The notes below the pieces were generated by a model. The model searched no databases, was not told the DNA's origin, and was given only the letters and a program-made list of their open reading frames with translations. A stretch of 63,090 nucleotides of DNA. Origin: a virus (Duplodnaviria > Caudoviricetes). Position 1 is the stretch's first letter, and every line of letters begins with the position of its first letter. Of this stretch, positions 30,278-39,895 are shown piece after piece. The position numbers and the translations under genes are program-made. The stretch covers positions 1 to 63,090 of IMG/VR virus record IMGVR_UViG_3300036398_001095; one strand, given 5' to 3'.

Positions 30278-31209
30278 AACTTTCCTTCCATGCGTAGTTT
30301 TGCCAATTCCATGGCGTATTTTTCAAGCGGAACTCCAAGCCTCTTGGCCGTATTGGCTTCTGAGGTTGTCAGCTTCAGTTTTTTAGGTGGCGAGCTGCGC
30401 GTTGCCGGGGCAACCACCGAGGCAGGAGGCTTTGCTTTTTCCTCTGGCGGCTCCCGATCACCAAAGTACTCAGGGAATTTCTCCCTTACGCGAGAATTAA
30501 TCTTCTCGTAATACTCATCCGTCAATGCGTAATGTTCACCATTTTCCCGAGTAAGCTTTTTATGCAGGCCCATGGCAAAAAACGTCATCTCATCATCTAC
30601 CCCAGGCTCGCCTGATTGACCAAACCACTTATTATTGGCCTTCCAGGTTTCTGCTTTGCGGTCCTGATAAGTATTCTGCTGAACATTATAAGCAGGGTTT
30701 TGTTGCTGTGGCAACTCAGGTGCCGGTTCAGGCGCAGCAGGTTTGAAGTTTTTAACCCGATCAGCCTTCAACATCGCCACATTTAATGCTTTCTGGGCCG
30801 CCAATATCCTGTCAGATTCTTGGCTATCCAGTGCTTCTTTATAACTACGCTCTGCCTCAGCTACTTCTTTATCTGTGGCAAATTGCATCGTCTTTATTAA
30901 CGTGCTTTCACCCGTAGTTAGTTTCTCTTTCAGCTTTGCATTCTCTTCAGCAATCTGTTTTGCATAGGCAATAGCTGCCTCACGCTCACGCTGCGCCTCT
31001 TCCTTGGCCCTGCGCTCATCGTGATACCCATGCTTCAAATGCTGAATGCGTTTCTTTACATTATCTGAATACTGTTTGATTTCATCATCAGGTATCTCAG
31101 ATGGATCACCCTTTAATGGCGTCGCATTCCTATCCGCCTCGGGGCGATCGTCAACAATCTCGATCTCTGCCTCACCCTCGACTTCAAATTCAATCTTCTC
31201 TTCACTCAT
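30274..31209 (-). CDS. Capsid scaffolding protein
   Basis: Acidic coiled coil, WKANNKWFG, AKRLGVPLEKYA C-terminus. Confidence 0.65.
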   Translation of the reverse strand: MSEEKIEFEVEGEAEIEIVDDRPEADRNATPLKGDPSEIPDDEIKQYSDNVKKRIQHLKHGYHDERRAKEEAQREREAAIAYAKQIAEENAKLKEKLTTGESTLIKTMQFATDKEVAEAERSYKEALDSQESDRILAAQKALNVAMLKADRVKNFKPAAPEPAPELPQQQNPAYNVQQNTYQDRKAETWKANNKWFGQSGEPGVDDEMTFFAMGLHKKLTRENGEHYALTDEYYEKINSRVREKFPEYFGDREPPEEKAKPPASVVAPATRSSPPKKLKLTTSEANTAKRLGVPLEKYAMELAKLRMEGKL

Positions 31210-31219
31210 GACTTCCCCT

Positions 31220-31585
31220 TTATGCGCGGCTATAGCCACGAGGATCTTGGACCACACCCTCTATGGTGTCGTCGTTGATCAAACGAAACTCCCGTCCGTG
31301 AATCTTGAACCGGGTTCCTGAATAAGCACGCACCAAAACAAAATCGCCTTCTTTGCACCATGGTCCAGTTGGGAACTTTGCCGCATCCTTATAGCAATCC
31401 GGCCCCATCTTCAGTACAAACAAAACAACCGTGCTGAACTCTTCAATTTTTGCAAGCGAATCAGGCTTGAATAAACCATTGGCAAACTTATCCTCTACCT
31501 CTGGTAAGGCGCATAACATCCGATAACCCGTGGGCTCTGGGAGTTGCGTTGCTTCCTGCTGAGAATCCTCAGTAATATCACTCAT
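31220..31585 (-). CDS. groES: Co-chaperonin GroES-like
   Basis: PTGYRML...VLKMGPD...EGDFVL...YSGT...INDDTIEG. Confidence 0.8.
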   Translation of the reverse strand: MSDITEDSQQEATQLPEPTGYRMLCALPEVEDKFANGLFKPDSLAKIEEFSTVVLFVLKMGPDCYKDAAKFPTGPWCKEGDFVLVRAYSGTRFKIHGREFRLINDDTIEGVVQDPRGYSRA

Positions 31586-31766
31586 CGTATTCCTTCATTC
31601 GATTGGCAAGGTCTTCGTTGATGCGCCTTGCGACCAAAAGACCTTGAATCTGGCCGCAGACGAATTTGTACTCCTCAAAACTCTTCATGCTCCCTTGCGA
31701 GAGTTGTCCTTCTAAATACCTAATCTGCTTATCAATCTCTAGCTCTACCGCTTCGGCGTAATTCAT
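31578..31766 (-). CDS. Small conserved protein
   Basis: EEYKFVCGQIQGL. Confidence 0.6.
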   Translation of the reverse strand: MNYAEAVELEIDKQIRYLEGQLSQGSMKSFEEYKFVCGQIQGLLVARRINEDLANRMKEYDE

Positions 31767-34165
31767 TTACCCATCCTTGCTAGTGACTGATCACGCTGAA
31801 TGTCTGCCGCCTTATCAATCATCTTGGCCGCTATATTCTGCTCAGCTATCTGGTTCAAGCTTTGAATGCGTTGCTGCTCAAGCATCACTTTGTCCTGCTG
31901 AGCCTGTGCTTTCAACATAATGTCAGCCTGATCCTTGGCGGCCTCACGCTGCTCCTTCTGCTGCTTAAGCGCCAACTCTGCCTGTTGCATCTGGATCAAA
32001 GGATCTTGTGCTTGCTGTTGAGCCTGCTGTTGCTGGGCCTCAGCCATGTGCTGCTGTAGTAACTGCTGAGCACCACGCGCTGCCAGCCTTGAGATTTCAA
32101 CCTCAAAGTCTTCAGGCAACGGCTGATCTGGAGGTGGCAACGGCACACCAAGCTGCTGCTCAATCTGCTTGCGGTACAAGAACGCCATATGCTCATTGAT
32201 GTGGGCCATGGCCGCGGCCATCATTACGCCACCTTGGGGATTCTGCTGCACCTGCTGTCTCAGCATGGGATCTTGGATAGCCGCCGTATGAACCGCCAAG
32301 TGAGCCTCATGATCTTGGTAGATAAAGGCTTTCACTGGCTGCATCGTCAGTATGGCCATGTTCTCCGATACCGGATCACGAGGTTGCTCTGCCTTGGCTG
32401 CTGGGATCAGCTTATCAATGTTCTTGATACCCAAGACTTCTAACATGCGCTTATGTAACTCAGGCATGTCATAGATCTGAGGAGCCTGTGCTGCCAACTG
32501 TAGTACTGCTTGATACTGAGTAACCCGCTGTGCAAGGGTTGTTGCATTAGGATCAGAGACTGGTATGACATCAACCAAGTCATAGTCAGCTTGTTTGACC
32601 AGCCTTCCACCGGGCGCATCTACGTCGTAGCTATATTCCGTAGGTGCATAGTCTCTAATAATAGAAGCAAGAAGCTTGAACTCCTGACGCATGGAGTAGT
32701 GAAGCCTTGCCTGCACCGCAGACATAACCTTGAGGGTTCTCTCCAATACGGCAAGCGTCGTACCAACCGGTGTATTCGCGGACAAGTCCGAAATCTGCAT
32801 ATCAGCCGTTGCTGCAAACCGGCGGCCTTCTGCAACAATTGTTTTAAGTAATTCAAAAAGAACCTGGCTCGGCTCTTTGTATGGAAGCGGAAGGATGTTG
32901 TCCCTAATAGAACCTGATGGCACATCCACATCCCTGAACTCACCCGGCGCAATCGGTGTGTCATCACCCTTGACTCGCAGGCCGCGGGACTTCAATCCAC
33001 CCGGCAGGTTCGATAACGTACCGGCATCCACCAACTGACGGATCAAAGACGTCCCTGACTTGGCAAATGCACCTACCAAGTGGATCAATCCAAATCCATA
33101 GAACCCAAAGCCCGGAATGTACGGGTAATGTACAAAGTGCATCCGCTTGAGCTTTAACGGATCCTCTTCATACCAGTTCCTACGGATAGCTAGTATCTTG
33201 TTCGTGCTTTCATCAATCGTGACCACATAAGGCAGTGCAATTTCCGTGGGGCCGTTCTTGTCAGTATCTTCAAAGCCTGGAAGATCTAGCTCTACGTGCA
33301 TCTCAAGAATGCGATACCTGTCATCCATCGTGGCTGACATACCTTCTTCTTCAGCCTTGCGCTTCTCTACCTCACTTAATACCGTGGATGGCTCACCTAA
33401 ATCCACATCTCGCCAGAACCCTGCGTGCTGAAGCTTCCTCACTTCATTCTGGGTCTTACGCATGATGTGCGTAATCCTTGGCGCCGACCTTAAATCGCTT
33501 GCACCAAAGGGAACCACAATATCCTCTGCCGGAATGAACATCGAAACCGGCCGGCCAAGCGAAGGATCGTAGTAGACCTTCTTAAATGCTGACCCTGCCA
33601 AAGCCAAAGACCAAAGCATCTTTTCGTGCTCAGGTCTGTACTCAGGCATCTCTTCCGTTAACCGATAGTTCATGTCATCTTTGACACGCTCTGCCGCATC
33701 CTCTTTCTCTTTGGTAAGCGCCCCAACAATCTGAGTCTTCACCGGCCCCGAGGCAGGGAAAGTCTCCATAATAGATTCAGCTTGGAACCTAACTGCCGCT
33801 TCTGACAGCAGCGGATAAAACACACCGCACGCACCAGGCCATGGTTCTGTACGCTCTTCGTACTTCAAACCAAGAAGCTTCAGCCCATCAGCGTAGGTAT
33901 CTACCCATTCCTTGCGGGATGACTTATCTGTCTCGTAGTCTTGGATCAGATCACTAGCAATAGAAGCCAGATCCCGGTCATCCATGTACTCAGCAAGATT
34001 GGCATCAAAATCTTCTGGGCTTTCACGTTCAGCCTCAAAGATAATCTCTACGCCATCTGCTGATATGGCTAACGAATCAGGGTTTTCAATCTCAATTTCC
34101 ACTTCCGTGGGTTCTTCCATGGCGGCATCAAGACCTAATGGCGCAGGATAAAGTGCAGGTTCCAT
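31763..34165 (-). CDS. Portal protein
   Basis: 800 aa directly after TerL; GSAFKKVYYD, GFYGFGL, Q-rich C-terminal helix. Confidence 0.85.
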   Translation of the reverse strand: MEPALYPAPLGLDAAMEEPTEVEIEIENPDSLAISADGVEIIFEAERESPEDFDANLAEYMDDRDLASIASDLIQDYETDKSSRKEWVDTYADGLKLLGLKYEERTEPWPGACGVFYPLLSEAAVRFQAESIMETFPASGPVKTQIVGALTKEKEDAAERVKDDMNYRLTEEMPEYRPEHEKMLWSLALAGSAFKKVYYDPSLGRPVSMFIPAEDIVVPFGASDLRSAPRITHIMRKTQNEVRKLQHAGFWRDVDLGEPSTVLSEVEKRKAEEEGMSATMDDRYRILEMHVELDLPGFEDTDKNGPTEIALPYVVTIDESTNKILAIRRNWYEEDPLKLKRMHFVHYPYIPGFGFYGFGLIHLVGAFAKSGTSLIRQLVDAGTLSNLPGGLKSRGLRVKGDDTPIAPGEFRDVDVPSGSIRDNILPLPYKEPSQVLFELLKTIVAEGRRFAATADMQISDLSANTPVGTTLAVLERTLKVMSAVQARLHYSMRQEFKLLASIIRDYAPTEYSYDVDAPGGRLVKQADYDLVDVIPVSDPNATTLAQRVTQYQAVLQLAAQAPQIYDMPELHKRMLEVLGIKNIDKLIPAAKAEQPRDPVSENMAILTMQPVKAFIYQDHEAHLAVHTAAIQDPMLRQQVQQNPQGGVMMAAAMAHINEHMAFLYRKQIEQQLGVPLPPPDQPLPEDFEVEISRLAARGAQQLLQQHMAEAQQQQAQQQAQDPLIQMQQAELALKQQKEQREAAKDQADIMLKAQAQQDKVMLEQQRIQSLNQIAEQNIAAKMIDKAADIQRDQSLARMGK

Positions 34166-34173
34166 CTCGGCTC

Positions 34174-37100
34174 CTAGTAATAAGCGACCTTGCGGCGATA
34201 CATCGGCTCACGGTCTTCATCGTCTGATTGCAGGCTCAAGAAACCGCCCGTCCTAAAGCGCAATAACGCTTGGGTCATCGAGTCTACTAGGTCATCATGC
34301 TCTCCTGAAGGAAAAGCTGCGACTTCCTCAATCAACTCATCCGCAAACTTACGCTCTGGCACCCAGATCCGCCCCGAGGCAAACAAATCCGATACGGCAT
34401 TTAGCCTCACGATCTTGTCGTTGCCTTTGGTTGGGCTGTACTCACTGACCGGAATACCCATCCTTCGGAGTTCAAAGACCAACGGGCTTCCTGCTGCCTT
34501 GGCTTCAACCAGAAATACATCCGGCTCCCACTCGCGGTAGGTTTCATAAGCCTTCTGCTTAAGTTCAGGGAATTCATATCGGTCCTTAAACGCATCCAGC
34601 AAGATGATATTCGTTTCTCCCTCCTCTGTCGTCCACACACCCCATGTAGTACAAGCAGAAAAGTCAGCCCTATTGTGCTTGAGAAACGCCGTGTCCCAAC
34701 TCTGAATCACAAAATCACATGGCGGCGGCCTATCACCCTCCCAAACCTTCCACCACTCTCGCTTAACAATCGCACCTTCCTCAGCCGTCGGCTGTTGCTG
34801 GTACTGAGCATTCCATTTACCTACCGGCAACTCCTCTTTAAGCGCCAGTAACTCCTCTAATTTCCAAAACTCAGGCCAAACCGGTTTACCAGACGGCATA
34901 ATCGCAGGTAATTCAATAACTTCCCACTCATCACCGCCTCTTGTTTGACTTGCTTTAATAACTTGACCCGTTAAATCCCTTAATGACCACCTGGTGTTGT
35001 GACTAACTACACCGTTTGCTATGAAATTTTCTGTGCGATCAATTTCAACGTCAAAAACTTCTTCCTGTCCATCGGAATCAATCGATATTATTGGGTCCAC
35101 TGTGAAATCTGAGATACGATGCAGCTCGTTCAAGTATGCCCGGAGTTTTTCCGTATCCAACTGTGAGGTTGCAGTCGTTACATAAGAGCCCTCGAACCTT
35201 TCCGGTATCGTGGCAGTGGTCAATGCACAATTTCCCATTCCAATGGGCGCGTGTATTTTTTGTTGATGGGGGCTCACCGCATACATCGCATTTGTTATTA
35301 CGCTCTGCAACCATTGCATCGTATTGATCGACAGTAATCCCGTATCTAGATTTAATCCGCGCCGCCCTGCTGGACTCTGCGTCTCTACGCCCCCTGCCTG
35401 AAGCCCAGTATTTTTTGGCGTAGTGGTCGTGGCATACCCCATCGCAGTGAACAGGCTTCTCGCAACCTTCTTCAGAACACGTTTTACCTTTCCATTTTCC
35501 GTGATACCCAAGCTCTCTTCGTGGTGCATCAGGGTTTTTTCGGTGGTAGCTTTCTTTTGATTGGCATGGTCCGCACATGCCAGGTTTTGTTTTTGACCTT
35601 GACGGCCTGCCGCACCCTTCAACGATACAAGTAAATCCCCGACCCTCAGTTGTTCCAATCTGGTCCATTCCAAGACTCCTTCATTCATAACAAGAAACGG
35701 ATGCCTCTTGTTTGCACGGAGTATTTTACCAGATCGTGTTTGTATTTTGTATATGGCATCAACACCACTTGATTGCCAATTATTGACTTTGCTTGTGGTT
35801 AGCAATCCTTTGTCAAAGGTAGCTACAAGATCATTTTTTCTTATTGCGCCTAGAGGCTTTTCCGTTCCGTCTGCCATCAAAACTGGGGTATCCCCAGTCA
35901 TGCACATTACAATAATAATCGCACCGCCAGGTTGTAATCGCTGCCGCGGACCTGACGTATACCATTCATATACTGAATCAAATATATCTGGTTTATGAGC
36001 CGCTAATTTAGCTTCTTGTTCTGAATGCGGATCATCAATAATTAATAAATCAGCACCTTTACCCGTTACAGAACCACCAACACCGATGGAAAAATACTCA
36101 CCACCCTTATTAGTAGCCCATCGCCCAGCCGATTTATTATCTGCTTTTAGTTTTACATCAGTAAATACTTGATTATATTCTTCTGAATCAATTAAGTTTC
36201 TAACTTTACGTCCAAAACCCACCGCCAATTCAGCAGTATGTGAGGTCTGTATTATCTTTTTATTTGGATTCTTACCCAAAAACCATGCAGGTAATAAATA
36301 ACTGGCAAATTCAGACTTGGTGTTGTGAGTGCATATGTAACCAGAGCCTGACAAAAACAGACCATCCTCTCGCGCCACTTTAATACACTGAGTATTCCCT
36401 GTTTGTTCTAGGCGTTTTATGCTTATATATCGGCCAAATGTTTCTTTTACTTGCTTAGTACGATCTTCTTTGCGCGGTAGTATCGCAATATCTTTTGCGT
36501 AAAACGATATTCTGTATGTTGGGCCGTAGCTTTTTTGACCTATCTTTGCTTCAGTAACCGATAGGCTGTTTTTAATACCCAGGCTAGCAAGCAATTCCCG
36601 AACATCGTCAATAATAAATCTGTTGCTTTGTGCAAATGAGCACTGACCGGCTTTGCTAACGCACCCATCAGTGTCCATCAAGCCTTTTAATAAATCTCGA
36701 CGTTGGTCCGGCGATCCTTCAAGATAGTTGCTCGGTATGTGTTTATCGCCTAATACACCAAGCTCACGCAATTTAACCTTCAGGCCTATAATGCCGAACG
36801 TCATTTTTGTCGATTGATCAGTGGTTTTGTACCCACGTCTTTCAATCTCTGCCCTTACAATTTTTGCATCTTCATTTTCCATGGTGATAACAGCTTGAGA
36901 TGAATGCCCGTCTCCAAGCCAAACACCAAAGACATACGGATCTATCAAAAATTCCTTTCGTTCGTATTCAACCGGGCTTACATCAGGAAGTCTTGGCAAA
37001 CGAGGATTTTTTTGTGTTTTCCCAGCTACAAACTCAACATCGCCGGAACGTTTTGTCCGTAATACCTCGCCGTTTTGACGCCTCCATAACTGCTCCGTAG

Positions 37101-37632
37101 TGTAGTCACGATAAACATTGACGCGCCTATTAAGCCTAACAGTCCATAGATGCTCACCGTCAACCGTAAGCGTTGCGCCGTCGTCAGTCTTTACTTCGTA
37201 CAAATCTCGGCCTTCAAATACTTCTGACTTGCCAAGCACCTGTGTCGGTTTCCCGTCTGGGCCAAAGACGAAATCTCCAATTCGGAGATCCAACATGCTT
37301 TTCCAGCCCTTAGTCGTAGGTATCATCATGCTAGTCATTATAGCATGACGTGGTGCCATATTAATAATAAGACGTTTATTATGTCCATTAACAACATTTT
37401 CAAACGCCTTAGCTACTACTTCATGATGTTTACCAGGAATAAACCCCGGCCACATGCGTTTTACAAACCCCATGAAATCATTTTGAGCGTGGGACTTAGC
37501 ATCTTCCCTCTCTTCCTCCTCTATCTCCTGAAGCAGTATCCGCTTCTCATCCTCAGTAAGTAGATGAAGCTTCCCGGCAGCTGCTTTGGCTAACTGCCTA
37601 ATGTCCAATTTTCTTCCTAACCACCCGAACAC
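34174..37632 (-). CDS. terL: Terminase large subunit containing two inteins (about 500 aa after splicing)
   Basis: INMAPRH/TKS Walker A, LIIDDP Walker B, M/TRW motif III, QSWDTA and HDDLVDS nuclease motifs; true start may be TTG at 37608. Confidence 0.92.
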   Translation of the reverse strand: MFGWLGRKLDIRQLAKAAAGKLHLLTEDEKRILLQEIEEEEREDAKSHAQNDFMGFVKRMWPGFIPGKHHEVVAKAFENVVNGHNKRLIINMAPRHAIMTSMMIPTTKGWKSMLDLRIGDFVFGPDGKPTQVLGKSEVFEGRDLYEVKTDDGATLTVDGEHLWTVRLNRRVNVYRDYTTEQLWRRQNGEVLRTKRSGDVEFVAGKTQKNPRLPRLPDVSPVEYERKEFLIDPYVFGVWLGDGHSSQAVITMENEDAKIVRAEIERRGYKTTDQSTKMTFGIIGLKVKLRELGVLGDKHIPSNYLEGSPDQRRDLLKGLMDTDGCVSKAGQCSFAQSNRFIIDDVRELLASLGIKNSLSVTEAKIGQKSYGPTYRISFYAKDIAILPRKEDRTKQVKETFGRYISIKRLEQTGNTQCIKVAREDGLFLSGSGYICTHNTKSEFASYLLPAWFLGKNPNKKIIQTSHTAELAVGFGRKVRNLIDSEEYNQVFTDVKLKADNKSAGRWATNKGGEYFSIGVGGSVTGKGADLLIIDDPHSEQEAKLAAHKPDIFDSVYEWYTSGPRQRLQPGGAIIIVMCMTGDTPVLMADGTEKPLGAIRKNDLVATFDKGLLTTSKVNNWQSSGVDAIYKIQTRSGKILRANKRHPFLVMNEGVLEWTRLEQLRVGDLLVSLKGAAGRQGQKQNLACADHANQKKATTEKTLMHHEESLGITENGKVKRVLKKVARSLFTAMGYATTTTPKNTGLQAGGVETQSPAGRRGLNLDTGLLSINTMQWLQSVITNAMYAVSPHQQKIHAPIGMGNCALTTATIPERFEGSYVTTATSQLDTEKLRAYLNELHRISDFTVDPIISIDSDGQEEVFDVEIDRTENFIANGVVSHNTRWSLRDLTGQVIKASQTRGGDEWEVIELPAIMPSGKPVWPEFWKLEELLALKEELPVGKWNAQYQQQPTAEEGAIVKREWWKVWEGDRPPPCDFVIQSWDTAFLKHNRADFSACTTWGVWTTEEGETNIILLDAFKDRYEFPELKQKAYETYREWEPDVFLVEAKAAGSPLVFELRRMGIPVSEYSPTKGNDKIVRLNAVSDLFASGRIWVPERKFADELIEEVAAFPSGEHDDLVDSMTQALLRFRTGGFLSLQSDDEDREPMYRRKVAYY
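34996..35904 (-). mobile_element. Class 1 intein (303 aa) in TerL motif III
   Basis: CMTGDTPVLMADG, ANKRHPF, VFDVEID..ENFIANGVVSHN/T. Confidence 0.9.
35078..35668 (-). CDS. Endonuclease VII-type HNH endonuclease nested out of frame in intein 2
   Basis: CDVC...IDHCHDTGKVRGLLCNDCN; N-terminal Cys/His repeats; AAGGAG 7 nt before the ATG. Confidence 0.85.
   Translation of the reverse strand: MDQIGTTEGRGFTCIVEGCGRPSRSKTKPGMCGPCQSKESYHRKNPDAPRRELGYHGKWKGKTCSEEGCEKPVHCDGVCHDHYAKKYWASGRGRRDAESSRAARIKSRYGITVDQYDAMVAERNNKCDVCGEPPSTKNTRAHWNGKLCIDHCHDTGKVRGLLCNDCNLTVGYGKTPGILERAASYLRFHSGPNNID
36322..37344 (-). mobile_element. Class 3 intein with a LAGLIDADG endonuclease (341 aa) in the TerL P-loop
   Basis: Starts with Ala; EHLW (block B Trp), TQCIKV (block F Cys), CTHN/T; GVWLGDG and LKGLMDTDG. 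Confidence 0.88.
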
Positions 37633-37816
37633 TCCTAGGCTTACCAGGCGTTTTCTTCAAATACCCCTGCTTACACAGACTCTTCACCAGCCTATGCACA
37701 TTACTCTTACTATCCTGTAGCAATACAAACCGTATGTCGTCATACGAAGGACCAAAGTGATACAACTCCCACCAGGTCTTTACAGCCAGCAGGACTTTTG
37801 CCTCTGCCTGTGTCAT
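37598..37816 (-). CDS. LexA-type winged-helix DNA-binding protein without peptidase domain
   Basis: GPSYDDI...SKSNVHRLVKSL..QGYL...PRSV. Confidence 0.7.
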   Translation of the reverse strand: MTQAEAKVLLAVKTWWELYHFGPSYDDIRFVLLQDSKSNVHRLVKSLCKQGYLKKTPGKPRSVRVVRKKIGH

Positions 37817-37958
37817 ATCAAACCTATCAAGATAAAACCAATACCCCACATCATCAAAACACCAGCAAAGTAATTCTGCGATGAATGCGATCTAGCCGGC
37901 GGCCCGTTCTCTGCCACCTTGTACCCAGCATACAGAAGCACAAGACCAACCACGATCT

Positions 37959-38165
37959 TCACTTCAACTCCCTAATCAACTCAGCACACACCTTCGCCCC
38001 ACGGTCCTTGGTATTCCTACCCCAGTCCTCACAGACCAAAGCACACCTCTCCCTCTCATGTATCTGTACTAACCTCATAAAGGTCAACAAATCCCCAGTA
38101 GTACCTATCCACCCACCATCCCCAACCTTCATACCAGCACTACTGGCCATCTTCACCAGATTCAT
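37959..38165 (-). CDS. Hypothetical protein
   Basis: ERERCALVCE motif shared with small genes at 48.8-49.3 kb. Confidence 0.5.
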   Translation of the reverse strand: MNLVKMASSAGMKVGDGGWIGTTGDLLTFMRLVQIHERERCALVCEDWGRNTKDRGAKVCAELIRELK

Positions 38166-39063
38166 TCAACCTCCTCTGCACCTCTTCCCTAGCTTCCTCC
38201 CTAGGCTGCCACTCTATCTTCGGCACCTCCCCCATCGTCTCCGCATACCATCTCTTAGGATCCTCCCATATCGGCCTCTCCTTTTTTTTCCTACCCCCCT
38301 TATGGGAACCCACTTCTTCTTCTATGGGGGCCTCTTCCGTAGTAATCCCGCCAGCTGGCGGGATTTGATACTTTAGTAGGGGGTGGGGGTCTTCTTCGTC
38401 CGAGGGTAAATTTTTTGCAGATGGTTTGTGTGGATTATTGGACCTAGCGCCGCCCCCAGCCCCCTGGCCACTTTGCCCCTCCCCCCCTACCGTGGGGTCG
38501 CCCTCGTGCGCCTGCGCGTGCGCGGGTGGGTGCTCGCGCGTGTGCTCGTGCGCGTCCACGTCAATCACACCGCCGAGTCGGGCTAGCTTTTCCCGCAAGC
38601 GTGCCGTTGTATCGCCTGCGCGCTCATGGGTTATGACTGTGCGAGTCTGGAAGGCATCAACGTCCGCCAGCTTGCCGAGTAGCTCGAGCGCACGCAGCCG
38701 ATCGCCTGGCTTTTGAGCCGTCCGGGCCTCGTGCTGGAGAGAGTCCACGACAAAGTTTCGGATGTCTAGGGGGTTTTGCGAATACCTCAATCTGTTTACG
38801 CTCGTTTGCTGATCAATCCCTGCACGCACTTTTGGATTGGCTGCAATCCTGCTAGCCGTGCTGCTAATCGTGCTGCTACTGCCGCTCACGTCATACGCTT
38901 GCAGGTAAGCCTCTCGGTTAGTAGCTCCCGCTGCTACCGCTTGCACGAATTGTTTTTGCTTGGCTGTTAGGTCGACGTGAGGCATAAGCACTCTATCTGC
39001 TGGCACTCCGCGCCCTATAGCTCTCACTGCTGCCGGTGGTAGTTCGCTTGCTTCGCTTGCCAT
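38140..39063 (-). CDS. terS: Terminase small subunit
   Basis: LTAKQKQFV...AYLQAY HTH, RLRALELLGK; upstream of TerL. Confidence 0.7.
   Translation of the reverse strand: MASEASELPPAAVRAIGRGVPADRVLMPHVDLTAKQKQFVQAVAAGATNREAYLQAYDVSGSSSTISSTASRIAANPKVRAGIDQQTSVNRLRYSQNPLDIRNFVVDSLQHEARTAQKPGDRLRALELLGKLADVDAFQTRTVITHERAGDTTARLREKLARLGGVIDVDAHEHTREHPPAHAQAHEGDPTVGGEGQSGQGAGGGARSNNPHKPSAKNLPSDEEDPHPLLKYQIPPAGGITTEEAPIEEEVGSHKGGRKKKERPIWEDPKRWYAETMGEVPKIEWQPREEAREEVQRRLNESGEDGQ
38342..38381. repeat. 40-bp dispersed palindromic element, copy 3 (in terS)
   Basis: GTAATCCCGCCAGCTGGCGGGATTTGATACTTTAGTAGGG; encodes LLKYQIPPAGGIT. Confidence 0.9.
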
Positions 39064-39154
39064 GCCTTCCCCGTGTGAACGTTATGCGAACGCATGATAA
39101 CCGATCAACGGCAGATTACAAACGATGAGTGGTTGATTCTGGCTGCCATACGGT

Positions 39155-39186
39155 TATTGTGTGACAATACAAAACACGCCTACAAT
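39155..39186 (+). promoter_or_regulatory. Probable early promoter with an overlapping palindrome
   Basis: TTGTGT-18-TACAAT; TATTGT-GTG-ACAATA inverted repeat over the -35. Confidence 0.45.
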
Positions 39187-39223
39187 ATGTTGCATGTTCA
39201 ACAAACAACCCGGAGCACATGAC

Positions 39224-39577
39224 ATGAAATTTACTTATGACAAGCAGTTTACTGACGCAATGACAACCGCAACTCAGTGCAGCCCTAAGTGGAGTAACCG
39301 TACAAAGGCCGCCTTCCATGCTTTTAACCCTAACGGCGTTATAGCCCTTCGCAATGCTTCAGATGATCGCATCAGGACGATGGTTGACTCTGGATTTGCA
39401 AAGACCGGGGCCCTGCTTGCCCATGGCTCGCTTAATGATTACCACGTTCGCAAGCTTTACGACTGCGCCATGAAATCCCGTGTTTCATCTTTCGATATCA
39501 ACTATTACGTAGAGCGCATTGAGCATGAGATAGCCGCTGCAAATGCCTTTATTGATTCCATCGCCGCCCGTATCTAA
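39224..39577 (+). CDS. Early hypothetical protein
   Basis: GGAG RBS; first gene of the plus-strand cluster. Confidence 0.55.
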   Translation: MKFTYDKQFTDAMTTATQCSPKWSNRTKAAFHAFNPNGVIALRNASDDRIRTMVDSGFAKTGALLAHGSLNDYHVRKLYDCAMKSRVSSFDINYYVERIEHEIAAANAFIDSIAARI

Positions 39578-39599
39578 TCAACCCTTGGAGTTTTCAACC

Positions 39600-39824
39600 A
39601 TGCGCTTACTGATCGCAATCACCAACCAAGACCGCCGCGCCGCTGTTTACTTCAACCGTGAGCTTGACGAGTACACCGTGCGCTTTTATTCCCATGGCGA
39701 GCACCTAACCAATGCCGACTATTTCACCGACTGCAAATCAGACGCCTATAACACCATGAACCACTACGCCGCCGGCATTGATCGCCACATGGCCGCCTTT
39801 GGTGGTTTTCCTAATTCCCGCTGA
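39600..39824 (+). CDS. Early hypothetical protein
   Basis: GGAG RBS; EYTVRFY...ADYFTD..DA. Confidence 0.6.
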   Translation: MRLLIAITNQDRRAAVYFNRELDEYTVRFYSHGEHLTNADYFTDCKSDAYNTMNHYAAGIDRHMAAFGGFPNSR

Positions 39825-39895
39825 GAGCTTAGCCAATTGCCCCGGGCTCCGGGGCCTTTGGGTGCGCTTTTGCACCATAACCAGAGAGAACCAAT

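Noticed and set aside
380-38970. Numerous plus-strand ORFs opposite structural genes (for example 14053-14565, 20925-21440, 28134-28700)
   Set aside because: Antisense shadows of Gly/Thr/Ala-rich genes without recognisable motifs; only 8328-9017 is credible
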